The notes: a model not told the origin generated them from the sequence alone. A stretch of DNA of 63,346 nt, filler included, from Folioceros fuciformis (GCA_049999805.1; 7 parts of 7 records of this genome joined end to end with filler, not necessarily neighbours in it); one strand, 5' to 3'; positions 12,631 through 25,745 are shown, counted from the first letter of the whole stretch. Numbers and translations are program-made.

Positions 12631-15600
12631 ATGGAAGTGGATGCATCTATGTTGGGGGAGGCTGAGGTCACACCTTTGTTGGGCCCTTCGCAAGCTCTCC
12701 AGGTTCTTTCTGGGCCTCGCCCGGCTCCCACTTTTAGACTGGTGAGTCACTTCACAGAAAAGCGGGAGGATGGTCCCGGGCCTCGGTGTGGTCACACTTT
12801 GACGGCGGTTGCGGCTATTGGAGAGGAGGGAAGACCCGGATACATTGGCCCTCGATTAATCCTTTTCGGTGGAGCGACAGCTTTGGAGGGAAACACTGCT
12901 GCTGGACCTCAGACTTCGTCTGGAAACGCCGGCATTAGTAAAATGCTACCCTTGCGTCGTTTCTTCTCCTGGTCTATTTTCTGTGACTTAGCTGCTTTAG
13001 TGCCTTAAACAGCTATAGATTGTGGTATCTGCCATAGCTATCATGCTCAGAACTTTGTATATCATCGTTGGGGTCAAGTTAATTTGTTTCTTTAGGATAT
13101 CATTATCTGAAACTGATATCGTTTTCAGCTTTCCAAACTAACGCCTAGCCTAATACGTGTATGAGATATGTGTGAATCCCGTGCAATGCCTCTCTTTTTG
13201 AATTTAAGACCTGTGCTTCATTTGCAGGATTAGCAGGGGCTACAGCCGATGTACATTGTTTTGATGTGCAGTCACAGAAATGGTCAAGGTGTGTCTCTTG
13301 GTGTTGGACGTTTTGTCAGGTTTATGTAATGTTGAAGGCAGTCTCGTGTGATAAAGTTGTAGCTTTTCCGAGAATTGTACATCCTGAGTCTCCTGTCACT
13401 ACCAGTTCAGGGATTGTGTTATATCTTGGTTGCCAGCATGTGTTTTGAGCATACGTTAATGAATTGAGTTTGCAGACTATTACCCATAGGAGACCCTCCT
13501 TCTCCTCGAGCGGCTCATGCAGCCACAGCTGTAGGGACAATGGTTGTGATCCAGGTTGGTGCTCTGATGTGTGTGGTGGGACGATGGGCGTGCATTACAT
13601 GTTCTAGAAGTTCTGGGACTGTTTTCCATTCGGAGTGCAATCCTTTGAATGAGAATCTCTGCAGAAATGGGGCTGGATTTGTCCATTTTGTGCAGCTTCC
13701 TGTGGCCACCTGTGTCAAATACAGGGTTACCATTGAAGCTGCTGTGTAGGGCTTGCATCTGGATGTAGGTGGACTCAATGAACCTCTACAGACTTCGGCC
13801 TTGTCTGAATCTCTTCGTATGCACTTTTGTTTCAGGGTGGAATAGGTCCTGCTGGCCTCTCCACAGATGATCTTCATGTCTTGGACTTGACTCAAGCTCG
13901 ACCCAGATGGCATAGGTCAGGAGATTGCTCGGTTCCAGGTTATTTCTCGTTAAGTTCCAGTTCAAAACGCATCTGATTTGGGTTTGGCTGAACTGCAGGG
14001 TGGTTGTGCAAGGACCAGGACCAGGACCTCGATATGGTCATGTCATGGCTTTGGTTGGTCAGCGATTCCTTCTTTCTATAAGTGGAAATGATGGTCTGTC
14101 ATTCTATTACTCGTCCCCACTGTGTTTTACGCAGGTCCAGGTTTTCCTCACTGCTTGTATACTTTGAGTATTGAACTGTGCATTTACAATATTGCACAGG
14201 GAAGCGGCCTCTTGCTGATGTCTGGGCCCTTGACACTGCGGCAAAACCATATGAATGGAGAAAGTTGGAACCGGAAGGGGAGGGCCCTCCACCATGCATG
14301 TACGATGTGTTAAGTTGCTTTTTTGCGAACCTCATGTGGATTGAAGTTTAGTGTATCTTCCTTTTCCAATCTGCAAGTAGCGTTGGTTTGTTTCTTTGCA
14401 GGTATGCAACAGCCAGCGCTCGTTCAGATGGTCTTCTTCTGCTGTGCGGTGGCAGGGATGCAAGTAGTGTGGTAAGGAATTGTTGAGAGTCTTGCTGGCC
14501 TCCCACTCGTAGGTATACTTCAGGCAGTGGTAGTGTCTAATCACTTGGTCACTTTTTATCAGCAACGTGGGCTCATAATCACATCAATGTTAGTCTTAGC
14601 CATGAAGTGTCTGCAATAGGTGTTGCTGCCGGCTTTCCTGATATTAACTGTTTGCTGAATGTGACAAGTGTCACCACCAGCACAGGATATTTCAAGCGAG
14701 TTTTCCTAGTACTTGAGGTGGAGAGGTCTGATTTACATTGTAGAGTCCTGTTTGAACTTGTTGTGTAATGAGAATGTGTTCGCCCTGTAGCCCCTTGCGA
14801 GTGCTTACGGGCTTGCAAAGCACCGAGATGGACGATGGGAATGGGCTATGGCACCTGGAGTGTCACCATCACCCCGCTATCAGCATGCAGCGGTGAGCAA
14901 GGCTCTGTTCAACACCTATTACGATAATGTGTTTTTTTGTATCCTTCAGTCACGCCATTAGCTTTTCGTGATTGCTACATACATGTACGTACAGTAGTAG
15001 TTAATTTCTTCGTTGTGTCCATCTCAGGTTTTCGTGCATACAAGGCTGCATGTATCTGGTGGTGCACTGGGCGGTGGACGCATGGTGGAGGATTCTTCTA
15101 GTGTTGCAGGTTTAAACCTTGCACTTCAATGGTGGCCTGTGTCTGTGACAAATCCAGTGGGATAAGGATGCTAAAGTTGTCACGTTATTGTAGTCCTAGA
15201 TACAACAGCGGGTGTCTGGTGTGACCGGAAGTCTGTGGTTACATCCCCCCGCACTGGGAGCTTCAGTGCGGATATGGCCGGGGGAGAAGCATCTGTGGAG
15301 CTCACTAGACGATGCCGACATGCAGCAGCTGCAGTCGGGGAATTGATTTTCATGTATGGTGGTCTGAGAGGAGGTAATCCCCACGCTTGCAGTTCGCTAT
15401 CGTCTGGTCTCATGCTAGGATGTATTGTCAGAGGTACATTGTCACCATCTTAACAGTGTGATTGCCAGCAGGGGTCCTTCTAGATGACTTGCTCGTGGCT
15501 GAAGATGGGTTAACAGTGCCCTCAGCATCAGCACCTGGCGCATTGCTGACATTGTCTGATGACCAAAGGTCTCAAGCTTTGCTTAGAGAACGCCCTGATT

Positions 15601-18600
15601 TAAGTTTGAACAATCACGAAGTGGAGGACCCTGCCCAGGGTGCAATCGTCCTGGGCATTCCTGTCACAACCCCTGTGAATGGGGACAATTCTATGGACAT
15701 AAATACTGATCATGCATACCAACGGGGACGGCGGTAATCACGCAACCTTGCATGTGTCTGTTCACACCGTAAGTTGGTTCTTGTTTCTTGACTTAGATGG
15801 TCATCTGGACTTTCAGGAGTGTGGGTGCCGTTGATTCTCTGGTTGAAGCATCTGCGGCAGAAGCAGAAGCCATAAGTGCTGCATTGGCTGCTGCTGTTGT
15901 GCGGCAAAATGATGAGGAAGCGGAGAAGCTCACTCCAGACCGTGACCATTCTGAAGAGTCTACCGCCAGCGGAAAACAATTCACACAGTCGTCTGTCACT
16001 GGTTTCAATGTTCATCCTCCACCATTGAACAGCACTCAGATGCCTTCTCCGGGAGTCCGGCTACATCATCGTGCCGTAAGTGTTGCCTACATACTTTGAT
16101 ATGCCTCCGGAAGAGTAGCTGCAGGAGTTTCCTGATTATGAATCATAAGATGGTACACTAGCATTTGATGTGTGATGGATGGTCAAACCATGGTTGGTTG
16201 GATGGAATTGGATATGCAAGATCTGGTGAATGAGGACTTGCTGCTCTATGTGGCAAATCATGTCTCCACGACACTTTGTTTACAATCAGTTTGCTGGTAA
16301 AATGGTCTGACAGTACATTTTCCTTCTGTCTGTCCAGGTTGTTGTTGCTGCAGAGTCCGGGGGAGCTTTGGGAGGTCTCGTTAGGCAACTTTCCATTGAT
16401 CAGTTTGAGAACGAGGGGCGCAGAGTAAGCTATGGAACACCAGATAATGGCAGTGCTGCTCGACGGCTACTTGACAGGCAAACATCGATCAGTGGGGTCC
16501 AGAAGAAGGTGAAAATCTTCCATTTGAATGCAGTCGTGTCGTATCAGAGGACTGAATACAATCAGTTCCTCAGTACTCTTGAAAGCTTTTGTTCCTGCAG
16601 GTGCTTTCTCAATTGCTGAAACCACGAGGATGGAAGCCACCCGTGAAACGACAGTTCTTTATGGACTGCAGCGAAATTGCAGAGCTCTGCAATGTCGCAG
16701 AACGGCTCTTTGCACGTGAGCCAAGTGTTTTACAGATAAAGGCCCCTGTGAAAATCTTTGGCGACTTGCATGGACAGTTTGGAGATCTCATGCGACTATT
16801 TGATGAGTATGGTTCACCCTCAACAGCCGGGGACATAACGTAAGTCACTCAAAGTGAGTGGTAAACAACTTGTTGCTGTGTCCCCACTCAAGCAGACTTG
16901 CCCGAGATAGTGTGGCTTTACAAACTGATCAGCGCTGCATCAAATTCAGAACTTTTTCTTTAGACATGTTTTCTTGTTTGGAAATGTCGGTTGTCTGGTA
17001 AGAGGCAAGCGTTCATTTCTCTGAGCTGAATATGTAGTTTATTTTTTGCAGGTATATAGATTACCTTTTCCTTGGCGACTATGTAGACCGTGGCCAACAT
17101 AGTTTGGAAACCATAACGCTTTTACTTGCACTCAAGGTTTGTCCTGAGTCAGCTAGTCTCCTTATTGTGTGTGTTTTACTTGTGGTCTGTTGGGCATACA
17201 ATCATTCTTCTGTGTTGTCTGCTGGCAGATAGAGTACCCGAAGAACGTGCACTTGATCCGTGGCAATCATGAGGCTGCAGATATCAATGCTCTCTTCGGT
17301 TTCCGCATTGAATGTATTGAACGCATGGTTTGTGCAAACCCTCAGCCAGGAGTATCCTGTGCAAATGCTTTTGCCCTTGTTCGCCTAGTTATGGAGCTCT
17401 TTGGTGTCAACTTGTTAGGGGGAGAGAGATGGAATCTGGGCATGGCAACGAATAAACAACCTCTTCAACTGGTTGCCTCTGGCGGCATTGATAGAGAAGA
17501 AGATCATTTGCATGCATGGGGGGATAGGAAGATCTATCAATCACGTAGAGCAGATTGAAGCACTGCAACGGCCTATAACTATGGAAGCGGGGTCTGTTGT
17601 GCTCATGGACCTTCTTTGGTGAGATTTGAAGTTTTTTTAGCATGGGTAGTGTGTTGCATCATTCTTCAGATGGATGTCCCATCCTGGTCTCCATGGGCCA
17701 TCTAACCTGGTCATCCTGCTTTGCCAGGTCTGATCCAACAGAAAATGACAGTGTAGAAGGACTACGTCCAAATGCAAGAGGGCCGGGCCTTGTGACTTTT
17801 GGGGTGGAAGCAATCAACTTCAAACCTTCCAGTTGTGATGCATTTGACATTTCTAAAGCCATTCTGGCCATGTTCCTAATGCATGGCTGTGGTGTTTCAG
17901 CCAGACAGGGTTCTAGAGTTCTGCAAGCAGAATGACTTGCAATTAATTGTAAGAGCGCATGAGTGTGTCATGGATGGTTTTGAACGTTTCGCTCAGGGCC
18001 ACCTGATCACCCTTTTTTCTGCAACGAATTACTGTGGTGAGAAATTCTGGAAATTCTGCAATGCTTAGAGTTTTCGACTGGGTGTGGATTGGCATGTGGG
18101 GAATGAGAACAAGGGTGCATAGGGACGTGGTCATTTGTTGGTCCTCGCCACTATTTGGGGGTGCCCATCCCAGGAAGCTCATGTAGCGAAGAGTTAAATG
18201 AAAATGGATCTTGCAGGTACTGCCAATAATGCAGGTGCAATACTCGTCCTTGGTAGAGACCTGGTTGTGGTGCCAAAGCTGATCCACCCTCTACCTCCTG
18301 CCATTATTTCTCCAGAGTCTTCTCCTGAACGCCATGTTGAAGACACTTGGATGCAGGTTGGATTCTCTGTGCAAGGGTTGACGGAATTCCTTGTTTGCTG
18401 GTTATTGTTTCTTTTGTTCTGCGCAGAGTTTGATAAGCCGTGTGCTCTTACCCATATGCTTTGAGCCTACATTGGACTTTGGGACCTCTTCGACTGTCAG
18501 GATTTTGTTTGATGATAGTCTGCCAGTGTCGTTTGGGCTTTATCGTCTTGAAGGCTCTTGACTTTTCACAGTGGCTTACAACTGCCCTTCTTGCTTTTAG

Positions 18601-18719
18601 TTCTGAGGGGCCCAGTATTTTCTGCTTAAATGCAGGAGTTGAATGTACAGAGACCTCCCACTCCTACACGCGGACGACCACAGGCTGCTAGTGAGCGCGG
18701 ATCTTTGGCTTGGATATAG
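12631..18719 (+). CDS. BSL: BSU1-family Kelch-repeat Ser/Thr protein phosphatase (PPKL), BSL2/BSL3-type; 21 exons, 968 aa
   Basis: Exons 12631-12937, 13228-13288, 13476-13554, 13836-13915, 13999-14093, 14200-14299, 14402-14471, 14791-14892, 15028-15109, 15194-15373, 15472-15733, 15817-16075, 16338-16508, 16601-16839, 17052-17136, 17229-17327, 17419-17618, 17728-17803, 17901-18036, 18217-18356, 18636-18719. All GT-AG, total 2907 nt in frame. Kelch motifs ([32 protein letters not shown]), PPP motifs GDLHGQ, GDYVDRG, RGNHE, SATNYC; C-terminus RGSLAWI. Confidence 0.97.
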
Positions 18720-19929
18720 TTCACTGTGCCTATCCTTGGTGGTACAACTGTTGTGTTTTATGTGTCTGCTTTTGTAGAGCAAAAGTTTCAGGAATGGTTT
18801 CTGCCTTTAGATGTCAAGGGTTGTTCTTCCATCAGCCTTAGAATGTAGAATTTCCGGCATCATCAGGAATGAAAGAATCTTATGATAAGTCTCCAAGGCA
18901 GCCTTTTGTGGTAAACTGCCTTCATCTTGGGAATAAATTTTTCACACAATTGTGCCCCGCTAACTAAACAAGGTCTGGCAACCGGGGCAGTTGCAGGGCC
19001 TTGCAGAGTAACATGGAAACTGTATAAGTGTGCATGGAAGGCGTTTGGGATCGTATTCCCTAAACAGGGATTTTTGGAAAGAGAGTCTAGAGGATCAAAA
19101 CACAGTGCCCTCACAAAGGATCTTTGGGAAGATGGTTTGGAAGACAGCAGATTCTTGTCTGATCAAGGACTGATCTTCAGATTCACGTGTGTGGTGATAA
19201 GGGCATGGGCGAGGAAATCTTTGCCTGGATTTCTCGGCACATGCTGGTGAGAGCATAAGCAAGGAAATCTTTGCCTGGACTTGTCGCCGCATGGTGGTCA
19301 GGGCATATGGTTGAGGTTCGGGTCTGTGTCTACACTGTGGCTTGTGAAGGCAGATCAATATTTGGCACCTCGAGCGGAACAACCTGCAGAGTCCCACGTC
19401 AAAGGTGCCTTCTGACAGTGTGCACTGTTGCTTCTATCACTGGCGTCTTTTTATGAAAGGATTTAAATGTGTGTTGCACTAACTTCATCTGCTAGAGAAG
19501 TTCAAGTCAGGCCTACATTTGAAGAGGTCTTTCAGCTGGTCTCGATTTCGAAAGTTTGGGAACTGACGCCATGTGAATCTTGTGGGTGTAAAATTGTCGA
19601 AGTTCCATTTTTAAGTATAATATAATAATACTACATTGAATTAGATAAAATAAGCTATTTCCAGGGCAAGATTTCATCCGCTAGCTGTTTGCAGAAATTA
19701 TGTTCTAGTGACCTCTTTTGTCTACTTGTGCACAAGGTAGTAAAGTGTGATTGACCATGAAATGGAAGTTGTTGGACCTTTGTAAGTAGACACATCAAAC
19801 CCATGGTTTGGCAGAACGTCAAACGTTTATCCTGGGTTGCTTTACCCTCTTTTTTGGGTACAACGAATTTTTCGTCTCCTCTACTTTCTAATAAGGTCTC
19901 TAGTCTATCTTAGTCTGTGATAGGATCGA

Positions 19930-21080
19930 GACCAGGATTTGTGAGCGCAATTAGCTGGTGGAGGGGCGCGCAGGGCTATATCAGCAACGGTGTTGAATCC
20001 TTTCCAGAGGCAAATATAGAAGTAGAGCTTGTGAGGAGGCAAACGCTTCTGCTGAACTCGAGCCTAAAAGTACCGTGTTTCACTAAGTGGCAGATGAAGA
20101 TAAAACTCTTCACCATTTGCGGAATATGCAACACATCACTTAACAGGACAGAACCATCTTCAAGGGTAAAGGTAACACGAAAGGACAATCTTTTCAAGAG
20201 TGAAAGTGACTGTGTCCACATTGGTCAGGTCAGAGTCCGTCGTTGAGAAGGACAAAACGAAACGGAATCAGAAAATGTATGGCGATGGCAGTAGATAGCA
20301 GAAACGTAATCAGAAAATGTAACGAAACGGAATCAGAAAATGTATGGCGAAGAAAATGTATAGCAGAAACGTAATCAGAAAATGTATGGCGATGGCAGTA
20401 GATACCTGCAGAGGCAGCTGAGTCCAATAGCCTAGAGGTCTTGTATTTGAAAGCTACCAAGTCATATTGTGAGGGCAATGTCAACCAACTTCAGCTCGGA
20501 GGTTCAGGCCATATTGGTAGACTTGGATGGATGACATTGCTCTCCAGCTTTCTTCTTGCGGTAGTCAAGCTCCCCATGACACCAATTACAAATACCAAGC
20601 TTGTAGCGAGAACCACCAAGCTCGGAGAATAAAGGGCCATGACAAGGAGCCGGAGAAAGTGCAATGAAGAGCATTTTATTAGGTAGAGGAGGACGATGTC
20701 CTTGCCAAGGTGATTGTCATTGACAGCCTTTGCTCATGAACATAACTCTTTTGCTCATGAACATAACTCTTTTGCCATCATGCTTCGAAGTGTTGGTGTT
20801 GAATATGAAAGCCTCCTCATGTAAAATTGTGCCAGTAATTTCGGAGATGGAAATGTTGGGTATGTGGCTAGCCTTCACCGCTTCATGAGCCTCTTGAACA
20901 ATGCTGTCGTGCACCCATAGGCAAAACTCCACGTTGTGACTCTCGAACAATGGCGAAGGATGGTGGATTGAGCAAAGGCACGAACACGAACCTACACCGA
21001 AGGAATGATTGGACTCACGGGCTCCAAGGGGGAACCTTACCGGTTTGGCGGCTACGTCCCATCCTTTAACGGATTCCATC
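19930..21080 (-). mobile_element. Heavily deleted Ty1/copia gag-protease remnant
   Basis: SISEITGTILHEEA (gag), LLDSAAS (protease site), VTFTLEDGSVLLSDVLHIP (post-protease region). Confidence 0.7.
20259..20404. repeat. Irregular tandem repeat, four copies of GAAACGKAATCAGAAAATGTA
   Basis: Core at ~20259, ~20301, ~20324 and ~20366, derived from codons just after the protease active site. A separate 21-bp duplication lies at ~20730-20772. Confidence 0.85.
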
Positions 21081-22085
21081 CGGGACGACGAAGTGGATTA
21101 GGCGAGGGTGAGCGGAGGCAAGGGGTACGAGCTGGGGTCACATAGTGACAAATACGCAAAGTGATGCTCTTGTCCAGGTGCTTACCTCGGGACGTTCCTA
21201 TCTGGTCATTGCAGCAAGGCTTACCGAGCTCGTCCCTTGAACGTCAGACTTTCCACAATCCCTCAAGAGGGATTTGGACTTAGCCTAGGGAGTGCAAACA
21301 CTTGAGGAGTGCAACTAGCGGAGGGCGGGACTCTCTTGATGACAAGAGGCTGGAAACGCCCTACACGGGTGGCGAGTGAGCAAAAGTGAGGTGGAAGAGA
21401 ATGGAGAGTTGGGACACAAACTTAGCACAATCCGAGGCCCCTACTAGGATAACAGGTCCGTACTTTATAGCAGAAGTGGGCTCCTAGCCCGAGAGACATC
21501 TATAAATGCAAAAAGTATTCTAAGACATTAGTAGGCTAGTCTTGCCAAACAATAGCTAGCTCATCTTAATGAGCCGACGGCGGAGGAGGAATTGGCAGGA
21601 GATCCCTGTGTCGGTGAGGTGGGTCCCAGAGAAGATTTTGCCCCTCCAATTGCTATTGGAAAATGGGCAGAACCGAATTGAGGACGGATTGAGGAGACCG
21701 GACTTACAGCTAGAGGTCCAGTGAGGAAGGTCTAGCGGCGGGGTAGTCAGGGCTGCTTGGCATCGTTCGTCCGCCCATAGGTGTCGGTTTTGTCAACACC
21801 GCCTCCGCTGTGTTGGTCAGGACCCGGAGTATCTCCCCAGGAAGAAGGCATGACTGTCATCCAACTATTGGATGGCATCAACTACCATCCTACGAAGGGT
21901 CTTGTACTCCGGTTGCCATCACGCTTCCGGCAGCTCAGCGTGCTATGCTGTGGAGATGTTGATGTGCCGACGGAGTTCTTCCAGGGCAGCGGAGGTGCCA
22001 GTTGCCGATTCCCGGAGACGGAGAGTGGACAGCGCCTAGGTCTGAGCCCGCAGTAACTCATGTTGGTCCTCCTGGACCTCGTAGT

Positions 22086-25000
22086 TGTTAGATTAATAAC
22101 TATCAAGGGTTGAGTAATCCTAGCTACTTTAGGGTTACAACTTTATTTGTATATAACTCTTTGTTCCATTATTGAATATGCTTTTTGCCTTTATTATCAA
22201 CTACTTGCCTTTGCATGCTAGCTTGCTTAGCTAAGTGCATGAGGCCTTTTATTTACATGGTATCAGAGCCTGATGCCTGATCTTTGTTGCTTGTGCAATG
22301 CCTCGTAGAAGGGAATCCCGCACATTACCTACCTCTCGTGAGGTGTTTCCATGCAATCACAGAGGAGCGCAATGGATTCCCCCAACATGCAATGGACCTT
22401 GGAATCAATATCTTGATGAGTATCGTACCCAAATCCGTGCGCATTGGAAGAGGCAAGCACAAGAACAAAGACAGTATTGCAATCAACTGAGAGATTGCAA
22501 GGGGGAGTCATCATACTATCATCTTGGTCAAAATTCTAGACTACAATCGAATTCTAGACTTCAGAGAACTCGAAGGGATTCATCCATTTATGACACTTTG
22601 CAAAATTCCAAATTAAAGCAAAAATTCTTGAATTTGGATGATGCAATATCAGACGAGGAGAATGATAATGATTTCCCATATTCAAATGAATCATTGTCAA
22701 AATTGATTAATTATCACTATGGTAGACTTGATATGCGAATCTCTCAATTGATTGCACGACAAGATCTTTTTCTTACAGCCTTACATAACCTGGAGAAGAA
22801 ATTGCAACATGGCATGAATCAATATAGCAAGGATATCAGTGATGGTGTGTCTGCTACCCAGCACTTAATCCAATTGTTTATGCAACATTCAGATTTGAAG
22901 AAATTACAAAAATTGGGCCAATTAGGGCAGAGCCCTGAAGATATTACTCTATGACTTCCGTTGTGCGCAAAGGGGGGCATTGCAGTGGCGCGCAGTGCTT
23001 GGGCGCTCACTACTGTCATGCTGGAGCAAGGGATTGAGTGATTTTGCCTGAGATATGATGGAATTCATTCAATTTCTTCTTTGCTGCCAATCGGCAATGA
23101 AAACGGTTATTTGGCTCCTCCCCTGCCATATGAAAAATCCCATGAACACTTTTATTAGTTTTTAGGGCATGTTTCAGAACTTTGGATAGTTTTCCTAATT
23201 AGGGCACCCTTCATATTCTTTTTAGACAATCACTTAGATCTGAATGGTCACACATTACCATACAGATTTTGACACACCTTCTTGTTAGTTGGTAATTCCT
23301 TGTTGATTCCTTCCCCCGTTGCACTTCCCTTCATCCTCCTGCAAGCACACAGCCATGGCCACACCTACTTTCACATATGATCTTAAGGATAAAGACAGAT
23401 TTAACGGCACTAGGTACGACATATGGAGTGTTAGGATGAAATAGACCTTGCTTGCTCGTGGAGTTTGGAAGGTGGTTGATGGATCTGATCCAGATCCAGG
23501 CACTCCCTCTAATCCTACAATAGCAAGAGGTACTGTTACCCAAGCACAGAAGGATACATGGGATAATCTGAATAGGATTGCCATGGCCTTGCTTGTCAAT
23601 GGGCTTGATTCAGATCTTGTCCCCGAAGTAGAGTTCCTCACCAATACCAAAGCAATTTGGGATCAACTTGTAGGAACTTACAAAGTTGAAACCATGATGA
23701 GCTTATGCATAGTAAGGCAGCAATTTTATACCTTGCGTATGAAGGAAGGAGATTCTATTGCAGCATTCACTAGTCGATTTTGGCATTTGCATGCCCACAT
23801 GACTGCTCTTTGCACAACTATGCGAGAGGTGGATGCGGTGGCTCAGCTTCTCACCAGCCTACCTCCCAGTTACCAAACATTTGTCACCACATAGAACGGT
23901 CCCATTCGAACTGCTAGTCAGAATGTCAAGCTCACAGATGTCATTGGGGCTCTTTACCAAGAGGAGATGAGCCACCAGATGTCATCAAGGGGACAGCGTT
24001 CTAAAACCGACAAAGTATTTTCAACAAGAGGAGGTCATTTCAACATAAGAGGTAGAGGGAGAGGTCAATCACCTGCTCAACGTAACATTACCAATCCTTC
24101 TGCTTCAAAGAGACAAGGTAACTATAATTGGTGTGGGACTCCTTGGCATTGGGCCAAAGAGTGTAGAAAGAAGAAATCCAAGGAGCCTCAGCGGGCAACA
24201 CCTCGGCCTGCAACTGCACACGCCACATCACAATCCAGAGATAAGGTTTTAGAACCTTAGTCTAGTAAGCCAGTAGTGAAAATCTTGATAGTTTGCTTGA
24301 GCATTCACACGAGTGAGGTAGACAGTTGGTACCTTGATAGTGTTGCTACAGCTCACATTTGTCGTGATGAGTCCCACTTCACTAGCTTGACGCTTACTAG
24401 TATTTCTGAAAAAGTTTTTTTAGGTGATGAATCCAGCACCACAATTTGCACATACATGGTAGAGGAGTTTGTAAGTTCCCACTTCATGATGATACCATCT
24501 TAGTTTTACCAGATGTTCTCTGTGCCTAAGATGGCTAAAATCTTATGTCACTTAGTAGGATAATGCAGATGAAAGATTTGATACTTACAGTCTCAGGAAC
24601 CACTTGTTGCTTTGTCCATCGCAGCTCCCCTTCTCGCTGCATTTTTCAAGCTGTCCTAGAATCAAAATTGTATCGTCTAGATATCTCTTGCATCCATTGT
24701 GAACAAGTTAATTCTACAACTGTTGGTCCCTTGACAATAGCCCAACAGGCCAGACTTTGGCACGCCCGCCTAGGGCATGCAAATCGCTCTAAACTTGTTG
24801 ATCTATCTAAGCAGGACTGTTACAAGGAGCCCCTCCCTCGCTGCTTTAAAGATCTGCCAATTTGTGAAGTATGTGCTTTGGCAAAACAGTGGGAGACACT
24901 CTTTCCTACAGCTCCTGCATTTCGATCCACAGCAGTTTTGGAGTTAGTACATGCCGACATCAGTGGGAGACTTCAAAAAAAATCTCTTGGTGGAGCACAA

Positions 25001-25200
25001 TATTACTTTACCCTTCCTCATGACTACAGTAGATATACATGGACTTACCCTATGGAGCACAAGAGTGACACCTTTCTTTTCTTTCAAGATTGGTTGCTGG
25101 TTGTTCAAAGGCAAACTGGTTGCATGCTGAAGTTGTTCTGCACTGACAATGGAGGGGAATTCACGATCTTCGCCTTTGAGCATTTCCTGGAGACACAAGG
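22086..25200 (+). mobile_element. Ty1/copia element, 5' half: short LTR (22086-22257), PBS (22258-22270), 1.1-kb leader with extra ORF, decayed gag-PR-IN
   Basis: TGTTAG...TTTACA with TATATAA at ~22150, then perfect TGGTATCAGAGCC. Gag ATG 23355 (DRFNGTRYDIWSVRM), knuckle remnant WCGTPWHWAKEC, WYLDS, LWHARLGH, ELVHAD, TDNGGEF. Cut at 25201 by another LTR. The LTR 5' boundary is inferred. Confidence 0.9.
22298..22954 (+). CDS. Retrotransposon accessory ORF upstream of gag, 218 aa, unknown function
   Basis: ATG 28 nt after the PBS; uninterrupted for 218 codons in AT-rich DNA; different frame from gag; heptad-like helical C-terminal half. Confidence 0.7.
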   Translation: MPRRRESRTLPTSREVFPCNHRGAQWIPPTCNGPWNQYLDEYRTQIRAHWKRQAQEQRQYCNQLRDCKGESSYYHLGQNSRLQSNSRLQRTRRDSSIYDTLQNSKLKQKFLNLDDAISDEENDNDFPYSNESLSKLINYHYGRLDMRISQLIARQDLFLTALHNLEKKLQHGMNQYSKDISDGVSATQHLIQLFMQHSDLKKLQKLGQLGQSPEDITL

Positions 25201-25745
25201 TGTGGGGGAAAATATTGCACCCGGGGGTGCTACGAGGTCCACACAAACCCTCTTTGTCGTTATAGCACTGGAATTCGATCCCAAGGGAATGATTTGTGTC
25301 AAATAACATAGGTTTCCTCTAAAAGTCAGTTACTACCCAAGGTCAGTCTTACTCATCTACCGCGCACCTTCCGCCTATTCGGCTACCTTGACCCTTTCGC
25401 GACTCGACTACCACCGTCGCCTCCTCGACTACCTGATGGACCTACTCGGCTATCGGGGTGCGTGCCACTCCAACTACCGACTCTCGGCTACTTTGTTGCC
25501 CCTATGGCTACCGCTACGCTCGGCTACTCTCATTGCCCTTCCACAACGGTCGCCCAACCGGCAACCTCGGTGAGGTCCACTCTCTCTCTCTCTCTCATGT
25601 TCCTCATGCAGCAACAAAGCAACCAATTCATCCCAACTTGGGAACTCAACTCTCACTAAGATTGATGTGTCAAAAGACTTGTACTCCTTGCCAAGTCCGT
25701 TCAGAGTAACTGCAACCATGTCATCTTCCGTCACACTTGCACCGA
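25201..25745 (-). mobile_element. Nested LTR end plus copia gag fragment
   Basis: Host integrase frame breaks at TGTGGGGGAAAATATTGC. Minus-strand VTLNGLGKEYKSFDTSI...WDELVALLLHEE is a copia gag segment. Confidence 0.7.

Noticed and set aside
20259-20404. Repeat-spacer look resembling CRISPR (also 10682-10826, 11515-11619, 34795-34878)
   Set aside because: Eukaryotic TE context, no cas genes, and spacers are absent, too short or themselves repeat-derived; slippage duplications or binding-site arrays.
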